NCBI GenBank assembly: GCA_054600435.1
Contig: BAAIJX010000015.1
Coordinates: 1-64,000 of the forward strand
Direction of reading: 5' to 3'
Source: Neophaeotheca triangularis
Taxonomy: Eukaryota
DNA length: 64,000 nucleotides
Shown: piece by piece, positions 1 to 11,573 of the stretch
Numbering within the stretch: the first letter of the stretch is position 1
Layout of the letters: every line of letters begins with the position of its first letter
Position numbers and translations under genes: made by a program
Notes under the pieces: generated by a model
Database searches by the model: none
Seen by the model: the letters and a program-made list of their open reading frames with translations, nothing else
What the model was told of the DNA's origin: nothing

Positions 1-159
<159 letters not shown>

Positions 160-1342
160 TCTTTATTTTCCTTTTCTCTTTTTTCCGGGTTGAGGTGTGT
201 AAAAGTTTTGACATCAAGTTCTCGTTTGCTGACTAGCTGTCTGTGCTTTCTCCAGTGCTCTCGCAAGCCATGCAAGAGGAATTTAGGGGTTTCTCGTACT
301 CTGCCGATTTCGTCTGAAGTCATCCGAGCAGATGACGTTGATGGCTCTGTCGAGTGTGTGTGTGTGTGCTCTCTCTATCTCAAGGCACGGCTCGAAGCTC
401 GAGTGGATGGGTGGATGGTGGTGTTTTCGCAATGGAAGCTGAAACGCGGCGGATTCTGAACCACCGAGCGTGCATCCGAGGTGGTCGAATAGCGGGTATT
501 CCTGGGGTAAGAGGGGAGTCAGTGGGTTTGCGGCACGTTCTTTGAGATACCCCATGCGAAATGCTGTTTTGGAGAAGATGATGTGAGAAATCAGAGGGGA
601 GGGGGCGGGAGGGGAAAAGGCAGCTAGGTAGAGGGCAGGAGGAACGAGTGCAACGTGGGTAAATTTTGTGGGCACTTTTGTTCTGCGTACCAGAGCGGCC
701 GCCGAGGGAAAAGCGTAGATGATAGGGATCTTGGGAGTTTTTGGGGTGTCAACCGCCTACTTTATACTGGCTTCGCGGAAGAGAAGGGGGGCGGGGTGTT
801 CCTTTTTTTTTTTTTTTTTCGGTGTTCTTGTTTCTTCACGCCGAGTCAATGTGAACAATGTCATGGATGTTGGACGAGTTGAGGATTTAAGGGGTGTGCT
901 TTCTTCTCTTACTTTGTAGAGGAAGTGGGAGGTCTCAAGTGGCCAGACACATTTGGTGCGACCGGTGCTCTGTCTATCTATTCATTGATGGTTCTTTTGC
1001 TCTCAACTCTCCGACCGTCCTGCGATACTGCATGTTGCTGTGCTTGCACTCTTTGCAGAGCTCTCATCGCATCGCTTGAAACTGCAATTCCCCCCTCCCC
1101 TCCTCTCCCAACTAGCAGTTAAAATATGTACACCCGACAGACAAAGCTCTCGACACACCGGCACGATAGGTCGAGGCGTCATTAAAATCTCTTTCGTGGC
1201 TATGTACTCTAGACATTATCATCACGCTTGAGCTCTCTCCGGGCAATTGTCAAAAACGAACGCCTCCCGAATGCTTGCATACGTAGCGGGCGTACAGCTC
1301 TGTGGCTCGTCCGCTCGCAAAATCCCATCCACCACGGTGCCT

Positions 1343-1374
1343 TGCTCATGCTCATGCTCATGCTCATGCTCATG
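1343..1374. repeat. (GCTCAT)n hexamer microsatellite at the SVF1 stop codon/3'UTR
   Basis: About 5 tandem GCTCAT units; this is the source of the spurious MSMSMSMS in the unspliced ORF. Confidence 0.85.
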
Positions 1375-2630
1375 AGATGAACGTGGCCTCTGTGAAGACC
1401 TGTCCTGCCTCCTCCTTGGTCTCGCCGTCGATGGTGATCTTGAGCGTCATCTTGGGGGTGTACTAAACGTCCAGGGTCAGCAAACACATCCTTCTTCGAA
1501 TCGGCGTTTGGGGGGCGGAAACTCACCTGGTAAATATACGGCTTCGTCCCGGCGGCACCAGCGACGATCTGCTTGACGAACTTCGGCACCTCGGCCATGA
1601 CATCCACCTTATCCGTTCGCGGTCCCAAGTTCCCTCCCAACTCCGCCTTGAAACTCTTGCCCTCCTTTGTCGTGCCCTCCCAACTCCACTGTACCGCGCT
1701 CGGCTCGGGCCATTCATTTTCCGCATCCTTCTTGATCTCCGTGTGCTCGGCCTTGATCTGAGGGCCTCCAGATGCAAAAATGACTTTTCCGTCCTCCAAA
1801 ATGCCGCCCACGGCAACGCTGCTCGTGCCGTACGACGGCGGCGTCGTGTAATCCATGAGCACTGCCGAGTAGCTGGGGCTTTGGAAATTGCAAAAGTTCC
1901 ACTTAGCCGCGGCGTGGTGGGGCTTCATGCCTTGCAGAGCGTGTGCGAAGAAGCCGCGGCCATTGAAGTCCACGGCGCCGTCTTTGGTGAGCATGTTGCC
2001 CTCAACTTTGCAGCGCGGCCAGAAGGCGTGGCGCATTTTGCCCCAAGGCTTTGTCGGGTCGGTGCCGAAGGTGCTGGTGCCGTTCTTACCCACCACGAAG
2101 CCGGGAGCTTGTTTGGTGACTTTCAGGTCCACGATGCATTTCTGGCTGGTCGAAGAGCGGAGAGTGTAGCTCTCGCCATCGTCGGAGAGAATGAAGCTAC
2201 AGTTGTCGGCGTGGAAGTTGTATTTGTCTTCGCTGAAGCGAAAGTTGGTGAGGGGGTCGCTAGACCACAGGTGCGGTTTCGATGAGTCTTTGGAGAAGAT
2301 TTTGGCGTTAAATTGCGATGTCGTGCGGATGCCCATGACGTTGGAGTAGATAATCTGCGCCATGCCAATTGTGCCTTCGTTGGAGGTGAAGTAAAAGGTC
2401 TGCGTCTCGACGTTGGTACTGTCCATGACTTCCCATTTCAGGTCGGTTTTTTCGAGCTCGGTGTAGGGATTTTCTTTGGTTTGTTCGGCGACGGATTGCA
2501 GGGCGCTGGGGCCGTAGATGGGTTCGGTGATGCCGACTCTGTATGGGTAAGAAGGATAGTTAGTCAAGCGCTCAATGTAGGCGTCTGGCGAGAGGGGTTG
2601 ACCATACGCATTCTTTGCCCAGTTGAGCAT
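1370..2630 (-). CDS. SVF1: Survival factor 1 (Svf1) family protein, 3 exons
   Basis: Motifs MLNWAK...EPIYG, TNVETQTFY, HALQGMKPHHAAAKWNF, DVMAEVP...KPYIYQY and C-terminal EATFIS*. Introns 2539-2607 (in-frame, GTATGG..CTAAC..CAG) and 1463-1526. Confidence 0.93.
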
Positions 2631-2887
2631 GATGGCGGTGTCTTTGAAGGACTGCGCTGTTTGCGGTGATCAATATGAGCTGCTTGGGTGACGGGGTAGG
2701 ATTGAAGGTACGAAAGTGGTACAAGATTTGAGTATCGAGGTGTAAAGGACGTTGGAGGGGTGAGATTGATATTGAGATGTTATGTCTTTTATCAGTCAGC
2801 GGGAGGCTTCCATATTCGGCAGGATGAGGTCGCTGCAAGCTCGCACTACAAGATGTGAGGTCCCGTCGCTCGCGTTTCCCTCCAAAC

Positions 2888-2937
2888 ACGCGACGTCACC
2901 CCACATCTTCACTTTTATCGCCTTATCGCCTTATCGC
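2888..2937. promoter_or_regulatory. Candidate elements in the SVF1/H4-variant divergent promoter: ACGCG-ACGTCA (MCB/CRE-like) and 3 tandem TTATCGC (GCGATAA)
   Basis: acacgcgacgtca at ~2886-2898; TTATCGC at 2915, 2923 and 2931 with an 8-bp period. Confidence 0.4.
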
Positions 2938-3126
2938 ACTGTCGCCTTGGCTTGTGGGGGCTCTCACCTAGGAGGTAGGTGGTAGGCAACAACACCGCGA
3001 CCCCTTCCAAGGTTCACTCACTGCATGTGAACTTCACTGGAGCGCTTGAGGGCAGCGAGGAACCGAACCTCGCCTTTCTTTCTCGAACCACATTGCTACG
3101 CCAACAATCACCTCACATCGCCCACC

Positions 3127-3756
3127 ATGCCAAATATGCGTGGCATGGGTCAATCCCAAACTTCCTCGGGCGCGCCAGCTTCCAGTGCCCGTCCCTTTAA
3201 GACTTTCGCTCCATCTTCGAGGCCCGGCGCGTCAGGCGTAGGAGGGAAAGGCCTAGGGCTGGGCAAGTCAAAGACAGCCAAGCGCCATCGGTAAGCATTC
3301 GAATCGTTGGGTCAATCCATCATATTCAGCTTTGCTTCACTAAGTTCTTCGCTAACACGATGCATCATAGCAAGATCCTGCGCGACAACATCCAAGGCGT
3401 TACTCGCGGCGACATCAGACGCATGGCGCGTCGCGGCGGTGTCAAGCGTATCTCCGGCATGATCTACGGAGGTATGTCCTCAACCTCACCCACTCTCCCC
3501 ACTCAACAAACCATCCACTAACTATGCAATTTAGATATCCGCCAAGCCCTGAAGGAGCGCCTCGAACTCCTACTCAAAGACATCTGCGCCGTTGTCGAAA
3601 GCGCCAACCGCAAGACCGTCTGCACCACCGACGTCATCTTCACCCTTCGTCGTCTCGGAAACCCCATCTATGTAAGTGCAAGACGGCTCTCGAGTGTCTT
3701 TTATGGTTGCTAACGTGCCCTAGGGTTTCGGCGACGCGAACGATAAGAAGCGTTGA
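3127..3756 (+). CDS. Divergent histone H4 variant (H4v/H4E-like), 144 aa, 4 exons
   Basis: Exons 3127-3290, 3371-3471, 3535-3671 and 3724-3756 splice to ...[106 protein letters not shown]. All introns are GT-AG with a CTAAC branch point. Confidence 0.92.
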
Positions 3757-4153
3757 GCTTGCTCTGCTTCGATCGCATGCTTTTGCGTGTACATCACCAT
3801 CGTTCAGGTACGCGCAGACGTCGCCGGTGTCGAATGGCACCGACATCGGAACAGCGCCTGCGATGGCATGAAGGCGTTTGAAGGGTTTTATGGTAACGAT
3901 TGCTTTCGTTAGGTCGAGATACCCAGGCTCCGCTTCTTGCGGATGGCGTTTATTATTCGGGTCTCTGTAGCACAAGTACAGCGTTGAAACGAACATACGC
4001 TTGTAGCGTAGCGTGTGTACATCACCAAAGATCTCGCAACCGCTTGTTCTCCTATTGCATCTCAAGCTTCAGCGACATACCTCAGTGACTCTCTAGGATG
4101 ACAGATGGTTTGCGACCCTACCGGCGAGCCATGCCATTGTCTATCCAGGCCTC

Positions 4154-5506
4154 TCAGTCTCCCACCCAATGACCCTCCCAATTAAACTTCAAGCACTCAT
4201 CACCCCAACTACACCACCCAGCAACAGCGTACCTCGCAAAAACCTCCAACACCCTAACCCCTTCGCCCTCGTCACCCCCAACCAACCCCTCCAACAACCC
4301 CTTAAGACAAGGCTTCCTCGAATGCAAATCCGGCACCGCAAACAGCACTCTCCGCCTCACACTCCCACCGCTCCCCCTCCTCCCCCCAACAAGCAAAACC
4401 TCCCACGGCAGCTTCCAGCCCCCATCCACTGCGCCCACCAACTCCCCACTCTCCGTAACCTTGCCCCAGACCCACTCCTCCCTCAACTCGACCCCAAGAC
4501 TGGGGAAGAAGTCCTCCAGCACCACCTCCCTCGCGGCAAGCTTGTTCGTGACCCACACGCCCACGACCGCGTCCTCGCCGCTCTCCGCCCGGGGGAGCAA
4601 GCTCTGGAGTTGTAGGTCTAGGAGCATGTCGCGGGTTTTGGCGATTGTGGGCATGGTGGCGTAGGTGGATCCGGGGGTTTTGTGGGAGCGTTTTACGGAG
4701 CGGGAGGGCCAGGGGGGGTCGAGGAGGATAAGCTTGAAGGGTTCAGGGGCGGGGGTGGCGGTGTTGAGGGCTTGGAGGGCGAGGGAGCGGTGGAAGTGGA
4801 TTGGGGAAGTGGTGTCGCTTAGGTGGAGGGAGGAGCGGGGTGGGAGGTGGTGAGTGTATTGTTTGGGAGTGGGGTCCGTGGTGGCTGCTGCGCTAGGAGC
4901 GGTGATGGTAAGGGTCGCTGATCGGGGGAAAGGGTTTGTGATGAGGTCGTATGGTCTGAATGTAGCTAGAAACTCGGGGCTCTCTGGGTCAGTTGAGTGG
5001 AGGTGGATCTGGTAGTTTTCAGCTGCTTTGTCGTTCCTGGCGGTGGCCAGGGTGTGGAGCATTTCGTCTGGAGGCGGATGGTTCGACTTCTCCCCCACAA
5101 TCGTCGAACTGTCGGCCTCAGTAGATACTGGAGACTCTTGAGTATCGTCTTGGTTGAGTTTACGCTTCTTTGATGACCGGTGCGGGCTTCCTTCGGCGTG
5201 TTTCCTGGGAAGGCAAAAGCTACCCTGATGCTCACTCAAGACCTTCTCGAGCGCACCTTTCACCAAATTCCCGTACTCCTCACGCAAACGCAACTCCGTT
5301 GAACTGACATTTCCCATAACTTTGGCTCTCGCTTTGGCCGTCTTAGGCTCGTTTGAAGGGTAGGGCCTGGCGAGAGGCTCCGAAGAGAATATTGTTCGCT
5401 TCGAAGGACATTCTGGAATTCCCTGCGCTGCGGCAATGGATCTGGGAATGTCGATGAGAGTCACTGACTTGTCTTCAGATTGGTAGAGTATTGGCGAGTC
5501 GTCCAT
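4154..5506 (-). CDS. MT-A70 family N6-adenine methyltransferase, METTL4-like, intronless
   Basis: LILLDPPW catalytic motif, VGVWVTNK, EEWVWGKVT..GE, HSRKP, LEVFAR and GWCSWGDECLKFN. Confidence 0.88.
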   Translation of the reverse strand: MDDSPILYQSEDKSVTLIDIPRSIAAAQGIPECPSKRTIFSSEPLARPYPSNEPKTAKARAKVMGNVSSTELRLREEYGNLVKGALEKVLSEHQGSFCLPRKHAEGSPHRSSKKRKLNQDDTQESPVSTEADSSTIVGEKSNHPPPDEMLHTLATARNDKAAENYQIHLHSTDPESPEFLATFRPYDLITNPFPRSATLTITAPSAAATTDPTPKQYTHHLPPRSSLHLSDTTSPIHFHRSLALQALNTATPAPEPFKLILLDPPWPSRSVKRSHKTPGSTYATMPTIAKTRDMLLDLQLQSLLPRAESGEDAVVGVWVTNKLAAREVVLEDFFPSLGVELREEWVWGKVTESGELVGAVDGGWKLPWEVLLVGGRRGSGGSVRRRVLFAVPDLHSRKPCLKGLLEGLVGGDEGEGVRVLEVFARYAVAGWCSWGDECLKFNWEGHWVGD

Positions 5507-7154
5507 GGCTGAGGGAACGTCCTGGCTTGGGGGCTAAATTCTGGTATCGATGTCCAGTGAGCTGCGCAAGTCGTTGTCTGCAGAGATGGGTCATGTGCAT
5601 GTTAGATGGACTGGTGGAGAGCGATGTTCCGTAGTAGACGATTCGGCGTCTCTTGTTGGAATGGTTCAAATGCAGCGCCCACGTTGGTTGGTTGTTGGAG
5701 TGTAAGGTGTAGAGGGGTGGGACTTGACGAAAACGAAAACTTTACATGAGAGTGACCTATCTTCGTTCAATGGCTGTTGAGTGATCTCATATACCTACCA
5801 TGACTTGGAACGACCTTCACTCTCGAAAGCCGAATGTAGCACAGTGGCAATAGGTCGCCAACGACAATGTGAAAGAACTATTGTGACGATGGGAGATGGG
5901 AGCGTGCCTACAAGGGTCAGAGTTTGGGCGTCCTGGGCAAAATGGCCACGGGTGATGCCCCCTGACCCTACCTAGAGCTACCTGTTAGCTCTACTTCCGT
6001 ACGCTGTCACGACGCAGCTAGTAGTGCAAGAATGCCCTTCAAAGTTTCAATTAATGCTCGGTTCCAATAGAGGCGAATCATCACATGCTCCGATGGCCAG
6101 TGAAGATGGCCCAGGCCGATACCTTAACCGCAACCGAAGCTCTCATCGAGCCAACCATCTATCACGCCTCTCCTAGTAACCATTACAAGGGAAATACCAA
6201 AGCCAGAACCCAACGACATCCAATTTGTCGCTCCTTGAACATTCTATGGACTAAGGTCGACGAGTCCCCCTCGACAAGTAAAAGCACTCACACGAAGAGA
6301 AAGGGAAAGAAGAGCACCTGATGAGAGATCGAGATGCCTTGCAGAACCGACCCCACACCCCAACACGGTCCACCATTATTACCCACCTCACCTACCTACT
6401 GTACTCTCGAGATCGAACGCACGCACAGCCCTCACCGGCAAGTCTCATTGGCTGCATACCTTCCCGAAAAGGACAAGCCGCTGCTGGCAAGTTAATAATG
6501 TGGTGGAGTAATACTAGTGCCCAAGAAGGAGACGAGTCAAAAAGGTCGGCAATCGCTTCTTTCCATTAGACGTAGTGCCTCTTGTTATTAATTGTAGGGA
6601 CTCGTCTAGCACGCTACCTGGTTATCTGCAGTAGTTAGTCTAGGGGGGAAAGGAAAGGAAACGAAAGGGAAGGAAAAGAAACGCAAGCCGCTATAGGCGC
6701 CTACTTGATAGCGTGGTCGGATCGTTGGATGGCTTGCGGCCTTTTTTGTCTTAAACTTCCAACTTAACACTACTCTCTTTCACCACTTCACTTCGTCGAT
6801 AGTCGCATTTCGTTTAATCCCTTTGTGCTTCTGCATACGTTCTGACTACTAGACAGCCCGACCGACTAACCTGCCGCCCGTACTTTTGCCAGACCACTGC
6901 GTAGCCAAGCCCAAAAGCAGTCGTTGAACCCATCACTACTGTGACTCTCTGTCGTCGTGAAGACTACCACTTGTACTCCCAGAGCGACAACCACCAACTG
7001 CCAAAGCGACCATCACTCCCCTCGGGAAATCCCCAAAAGCGACAGACCTCGACCTGCAAAAGCATCCATCCTCACGACCCTACCCAAAAGCAACCCAGCC
7101 AAGCCAAAGCCCACAAGCAACAGCCACCAGCTCCACGCCATTACGACAGCCACA

Positions 7155-7475
7155 ATGCCTACGACAACCCCCACCACGCCATCCCCGTCCTCCAGCCCCT
7201 CCTCCTCCTCCTCCTCTTCCACCACTCCGCAACAAGCCCCAGCCCCCCGCCGCATCAGCAACGGCTGGTACAGCCCACCAGAGCAACAACCCACGCTGGA
7301 AGACTTCGCGGCTCAAGCGCAAACGAGTTTCAAACGCTTCGAGCGGTATCGGACGCAGTGCGCGCAGAATTTTGTCATGGCGCTGATGAGGCCGACTCCC
7401 TTGGTGGTGTTTTTGTTTAATCCTATCGCTTTGATTTGTTGGTTTTTGTTGGGGGTTGCTTGGCTGCTTGGGTGA
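7155..7475 (+). CDS. Small hypothetical protein (106 aa), S/T/P-rich N-terminus and C-terminal hydrophobic segment
   Basis: ATG in CACAATG context at 7155; ends PLVVFLFNPIALICWFLLGVAWLLG*. A possible 5'UTR intron ends at ~6892 (GACTAAC..TTTTGCCAG). Confidence 0.5.
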   Translation: MPTTTPTTPSPSSSPSSSSSSSTTPQQAPAPRRISNGWYSPPEQQPTLEDFAAQAQTSFKRFERYRTQCAQNFVMALMRPTPLVVFLFNPIALICWFLLGVAWLLG

Positions 7476-7610
7476 ATGGAGAGGGGGGAACAGGGGGTAG
7501 AGGGAGGTATGTTTTGAGATGGGAGAGGGCGTCGTGCTGGGAGTGCGAGCATTGGGTGAGGGGGCAAGAGTGGGTTGGTTTGATATATTGGGGAATAGGT
7601 GCGGGCGGCT

Positions 7611-8950
7611 TCATCGTGAGGAGAAGAAGAAGGCGTTGCCCTGCTGGTCTACCCTCGGCCCTTTGGTGTAATCGCGCGCTGGATCGAAGTTTTCCCAGAT
7701 GCTCGCGGGGTAGATGTGTTTGTTGCGGTTGTACCAGCGACTGTCGACGACTTTGGTCAGTCTTGGGTCGTCCGTGTAGCCTTCGAGCTCTGTCTCTGGC
7801 ATTGTCGAAGCGGCTATGGTGGCCTTTTGCTGCTTGAGATCGGACGCGGTCGTGAGATTGCTCGCTAGGTCTGAGGATGGCTTCGGCTCTGGAGTTGCGG
7901 CTTCGTCGGACACGGGCTGGTTGAGGAGCTCCTTTGGCGTCGCTTCGGTGGGTTCCGAGCTGAGTGGGAAGACGGGCTTCTCGTTGTAGCCAACGGTCTT
8001 GTTGATGATGAAATAGTGGAAGTCAAAGTGCTACGTCCAAAACCGAATTAGCATGCCGTTCCATCACGTTCATCCCCTTCCCTCTCCGGACGCAACTCAC
8101 ATGCGGTATAATCAGATCCCCCTTCACAAGCATCAAATCATCCACCCCAATCCTCGCCCAGTCCTTCCTCGTTCTATCCGTCGTCTGCGCCTTACTCGCC
8201 ATGTCCGCACCCATCTTCCTCGCCCTGTCCAGAAACAACCACACGAAATCCCCCTTCTTCATCCTACAAACCCCGCCCGGTGTATTGCTGCCATCGTAAA
8301 AGACAAACGGAATCGAAAACTCCGTCTGCTTGACCGCCTCCTGCGTGCGTAAAAACTCCTGCTTCAGCTGCTCTTTCAACTGCGTTTCCTTGGCCATAGC
8401 TGCTTTCGTCAACGCTTTGGCGTGGAAGGGCGCATTGGAGTTCGGTCTGAGGCGTTTCTTGACGAAAGGGGTGGAAGTGGATTCGCTGTCTTCGCCATCC
8501 GTAGCTGGCGCAGAAGAGACATATTTGGTCGCGGGCGTGTTCGAGCCTGGTGTCTGCGTCACTTCGCGCTCCTCCTGTTGCTGCTGCTGCTGGCCCTCGT
8601 CTTCATCATCGTTGAAGGAAAGCCCGCCGCCTTTCTTCACGCTCTTTTTCTTCTTCTTGAACACTGGTTTCGAGCTTGCCTCACTGTACTTTGGCAATTA
8701 GCACTCGTCGCGTCGTTTCCGCTGATTTGCCTCCTCCCTACCGTCCATCTGGGGTGTTTGCGCCTGTTCCTGCTGGACTGCTTTCACCAGTGGTTTGCTC
8801 GAGTGCTTCGGCGCGTCTTTTGCGGAAATCGCTAAGGTGGACCAGGCCGACGGTGTTGCCTTTGAGCACGTCTTCGGCGTCGAGCGACTGCGCCGCAAAG
8901 CGTTGATTGGGTGTTGAATCGCCCGACGGGGTTTGCGACTGGTCTGCCAT
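7611..8950 (-). CDS. XAP5: FAM50/XAP5 family nuclear protein, 3 exons
   Basis: TVGLVHLSDFRKRR, IPFVFYDG, DDLMLVKGDLIIPH|HFDFHYFI and TKVVDSRWYNRNKHIYPASIWE. Introns 8684-8741 and 8031-8100. Confidence 0.9.
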
Positions 8951-9605
8951 GGTTGTGTGGTGGTTGCACTGTGCGCCAGTGAAGTGGTTCAAGTTCGTGT
9001 TGCGACACGGTTTGCGATTTTGGTTTTAGTATATAGATTGCAAAATCGACCACGTGACTTAGCTGTAACGGCCTTAGTGGAATCCCCCCACACCCGTCGT
9101 CCGCCCTGTCCCAATCGAGCATCAGCGTGCCTAGTTCGAACTCGGTGGTGGTCGCCCACTCGTCACGGTAACGGATGATTGCTGCGTGTGGCCTTAAGCT
9201 TCTAGAGTAACCTTCAGCCGAGCAATCGGGCAGAGAACTTTAGACCATGGAGTGGCGGCACTAGATTACACGTGTTGCTCGCGGGCGGAACGATGGGATT
9301 TATGGGGTGTGGTAACACTTTTTGCCCTTTTTTTGTTCGATTTACGGCGATTTTTTGAGTGATGGCTTGTGCTCGAAGAGGTACTATCACTTTTTGCCCC
9401 AGACATGTGTACAACGACTCTCCTTCCTGGACAGTCAGCTACCTTGGATTGTGAGCACTGTTATAAAACTTTGACAAGCTTTGGTTGATCATTGAACGTT
9501 TCGCAGGTCACAATGGTATCTCAGAAATGCAGAAGCAGTCCGTCCACACACTCTCAGGTCTATCCTCGTCCACGCCTTAAACACCTTTCCAGTCGCTTCT
9601 ACCAT

Positions 9606-10790
9606 CTATATCCCAAACCACAGCTTGGCCCTTTCGTAAACATAGAAGCTCGTAGCCACCATGGGCACGACCTTCACGTACCCAATCCCCAGCCCAGTGT
9701 AGAATCCCCTCCACCCCTTTTCTCTGACGACATTCCTCCCCACCTCTACTATCCCCAGGCGATGCCCATCTCCGACCACTCCACCGACCTGCATCCTCCG
9801 TCTTATAACCTCAAGGGGATAGCTGATGGTCTGACTTATCAGCCCAGCAAAAGCACCTGTCGTCAACTCGGCCCATGCGCGCAGAGGTGCTGGCTTGTTA
9901 GGCGCTAGCTGCTTCTGCGAGCGCTCCGACATTGGTAGCACGGTGTAAGGCGCGAGTCGCGGGTGCCGCATCAGGTCGCCTCCGGCATCGTGGGCCAGAA
10001 ATGAAGAGCCTGCGTAGGGTATCATGCCCCAGAGCGTGGGCGTGAAACCGCGGAAAAAGTTCGCTAGCCCAGATCGCGGCGTTACTGCGTTTACTGCTGA
10101 GCTTGTTGCCGCGACTGTAGCGGCTGCTGGGCGAGGAAGGCTGCTTTCTAGATTCGTCGGGGCGGGCTTAACTGGGGGTGGTTGCTCGTTATAAATGGTT
10201 TTACAGATTTCGTTGAAGGAGATTCGTTTATCGGACTTTGTCTCGAAAGCCAACCGTACTCGTATCACCTCCAACGGGTAAGTAGCGAAAACACTCATGC
10301 AGCCTGCCACGCTGCCTGTTAGAAACCGCCGTACTGATGTCTCTTGCTCTTTATTCGCTATCACAACTGTGCGCACTTGCTCGTAGGCAAGGAATTTGAT
10401 GCCGCCGTAGGGGAAGATTCTCAAGAGTGTTGCGGAGTGCCCGCGGAAGAGGCCGGCTATGCCATTAGCGCCGTAGATATCCCCCATTGCCCGCAAAGCT
10501 CCTGTCCATGATCCCGTATACTTTGCGAACTGCGGATTGCTCGCCTGAAAGAGGATCTTAACCCGGTCCAGGGGGGCTACGACCGTCTTCGCGGCCGACG
10601 CGGCAATTCCCCCCGCGACACCTGACCGTAAAGCATACTCCCAGCTCTGACGGGGGATCTGGCGCTGCGGACTCTCCTGCTTTCGTTTCTCGCTGTTCTC
10701 CGAAGTCGCGATTGTGTGGCCTAGGCTCGGCTCCGAGGGCGAGACAGTGTGCGGATTCCCCGCCGAGGAGGGGTTAGGTACGGCGGTCAT
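9606..10790 (-). CDS. LEU5: Mitochondrial carrier, CoA transporter Leu5-like
   Basis: Three Px[DE]xx[KR] carrier repeats (PLDRVK, PLEVIR x2); KILFQASNPQFAKYTGSW and RGHSATLLRIFPY are typical of Leu5/SLC25A16. Confidence 0.88.
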   Translation of the reverse strand: MTAVPNPSSAGNPHTVSPSEPSLGHTIATSENSEKRKQESPQRQIPRQSWEYALRSGVAGGIAASAAKTVVAPLDRVKILFQASNPQFAKYTGSWTGALRAMGDIYGANGIAGLFRGHSATLLRIFPYGGIKFLAYEQVRTVVIANKEQETSVRRFLTGSVAGCMSVFATYPLEVIRVRLAFETKSDKRISFNEICKTIYNEQPPPVKPAPTNLESSLPRPAAATVAATSSAVNAVTPRSGLANFFRGFTPTLWGMIPYAGSSFLAHDAGGDLMRHPRLAPYTVLPMSERSQKQLAPNKPAPLRAWAELTTGAFAGLISQTISYPLEVIRRRMQVGGVVGDGHRLGIVEVGRNVVREKGWRGFYTGLGIGYVKVVPMVATSFYVYERAKLWFGI

Positions 10791-11573
10791 CTCATGTGGT
10801 TCGTGTGAATGGATGTGCGCGGGAACATGACTGATTGCCAGCTTAGCAACAAAACAAAGTGCAAGCGAGGGCTCTTGATCTTCTTGTAGTTACTGCAATA
10901 GCTGGTACATGGAAAGTACGCAAGTTGCTCGATTGGCAGTTGACGGTAAAGGAATGGTCCAGCTGTGAGGCTCGTTTGTTTGTTGATAGTAGGAAGCTCA
11001 AGGGATGCCACTGTAGGCCTGCCTGGTGGGAGTGGAGAGTGCGATGTGAAAAAATGTATGTATGAACCAAGGTAAGCATGAAAGAATGCTTGAGAGTGTC
11101 GGCAGTATGGATGTTGTAGCACTTCGTCCCTCGGCTCTGACGTTTGAGATCGGACTTCGTTCGGCCGCGAACAGCCGCATCAACAATAGGTGCTTACCTA
11201 GACTTCACCTCCTTTTTTCTGGTCTCCGTCTTCATTCATGTCGGATTACCATCAGCCTCCTCGCTGGTTCATTTCGATCTTGCAAGACTCTGGAAGAAAC
11301 TCCAGGATGATCGTCTCGGAATTACGGCCAGAGTGGCCCACATGCGGTCGGCATCCTGCGCCAACGCATCTACAGGTATCAAGTACAACATGTCGCTCTT
11401 AGAAACCAATAAGTGACAATAAGGCTGGAGTGCAGCGAGGCTGAAGCGCTGCACTCGAGCAGGTGCAACAATATGACATGGTCTCTACTTCTCGCTCTCG
11501 CAAATTTTCTTTTTGTTCAAGTGCATTCCCCTATCCATATCACTCCTAGCAGGAGACGGGAGCCGTTACCACC

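Noticed and set aside
1209..1369. Extended SVF1 C-terminus with MSMSMS
   Set aside because: Artefact of reading through intron 1463-1526; the spliced frame stops at 1370.
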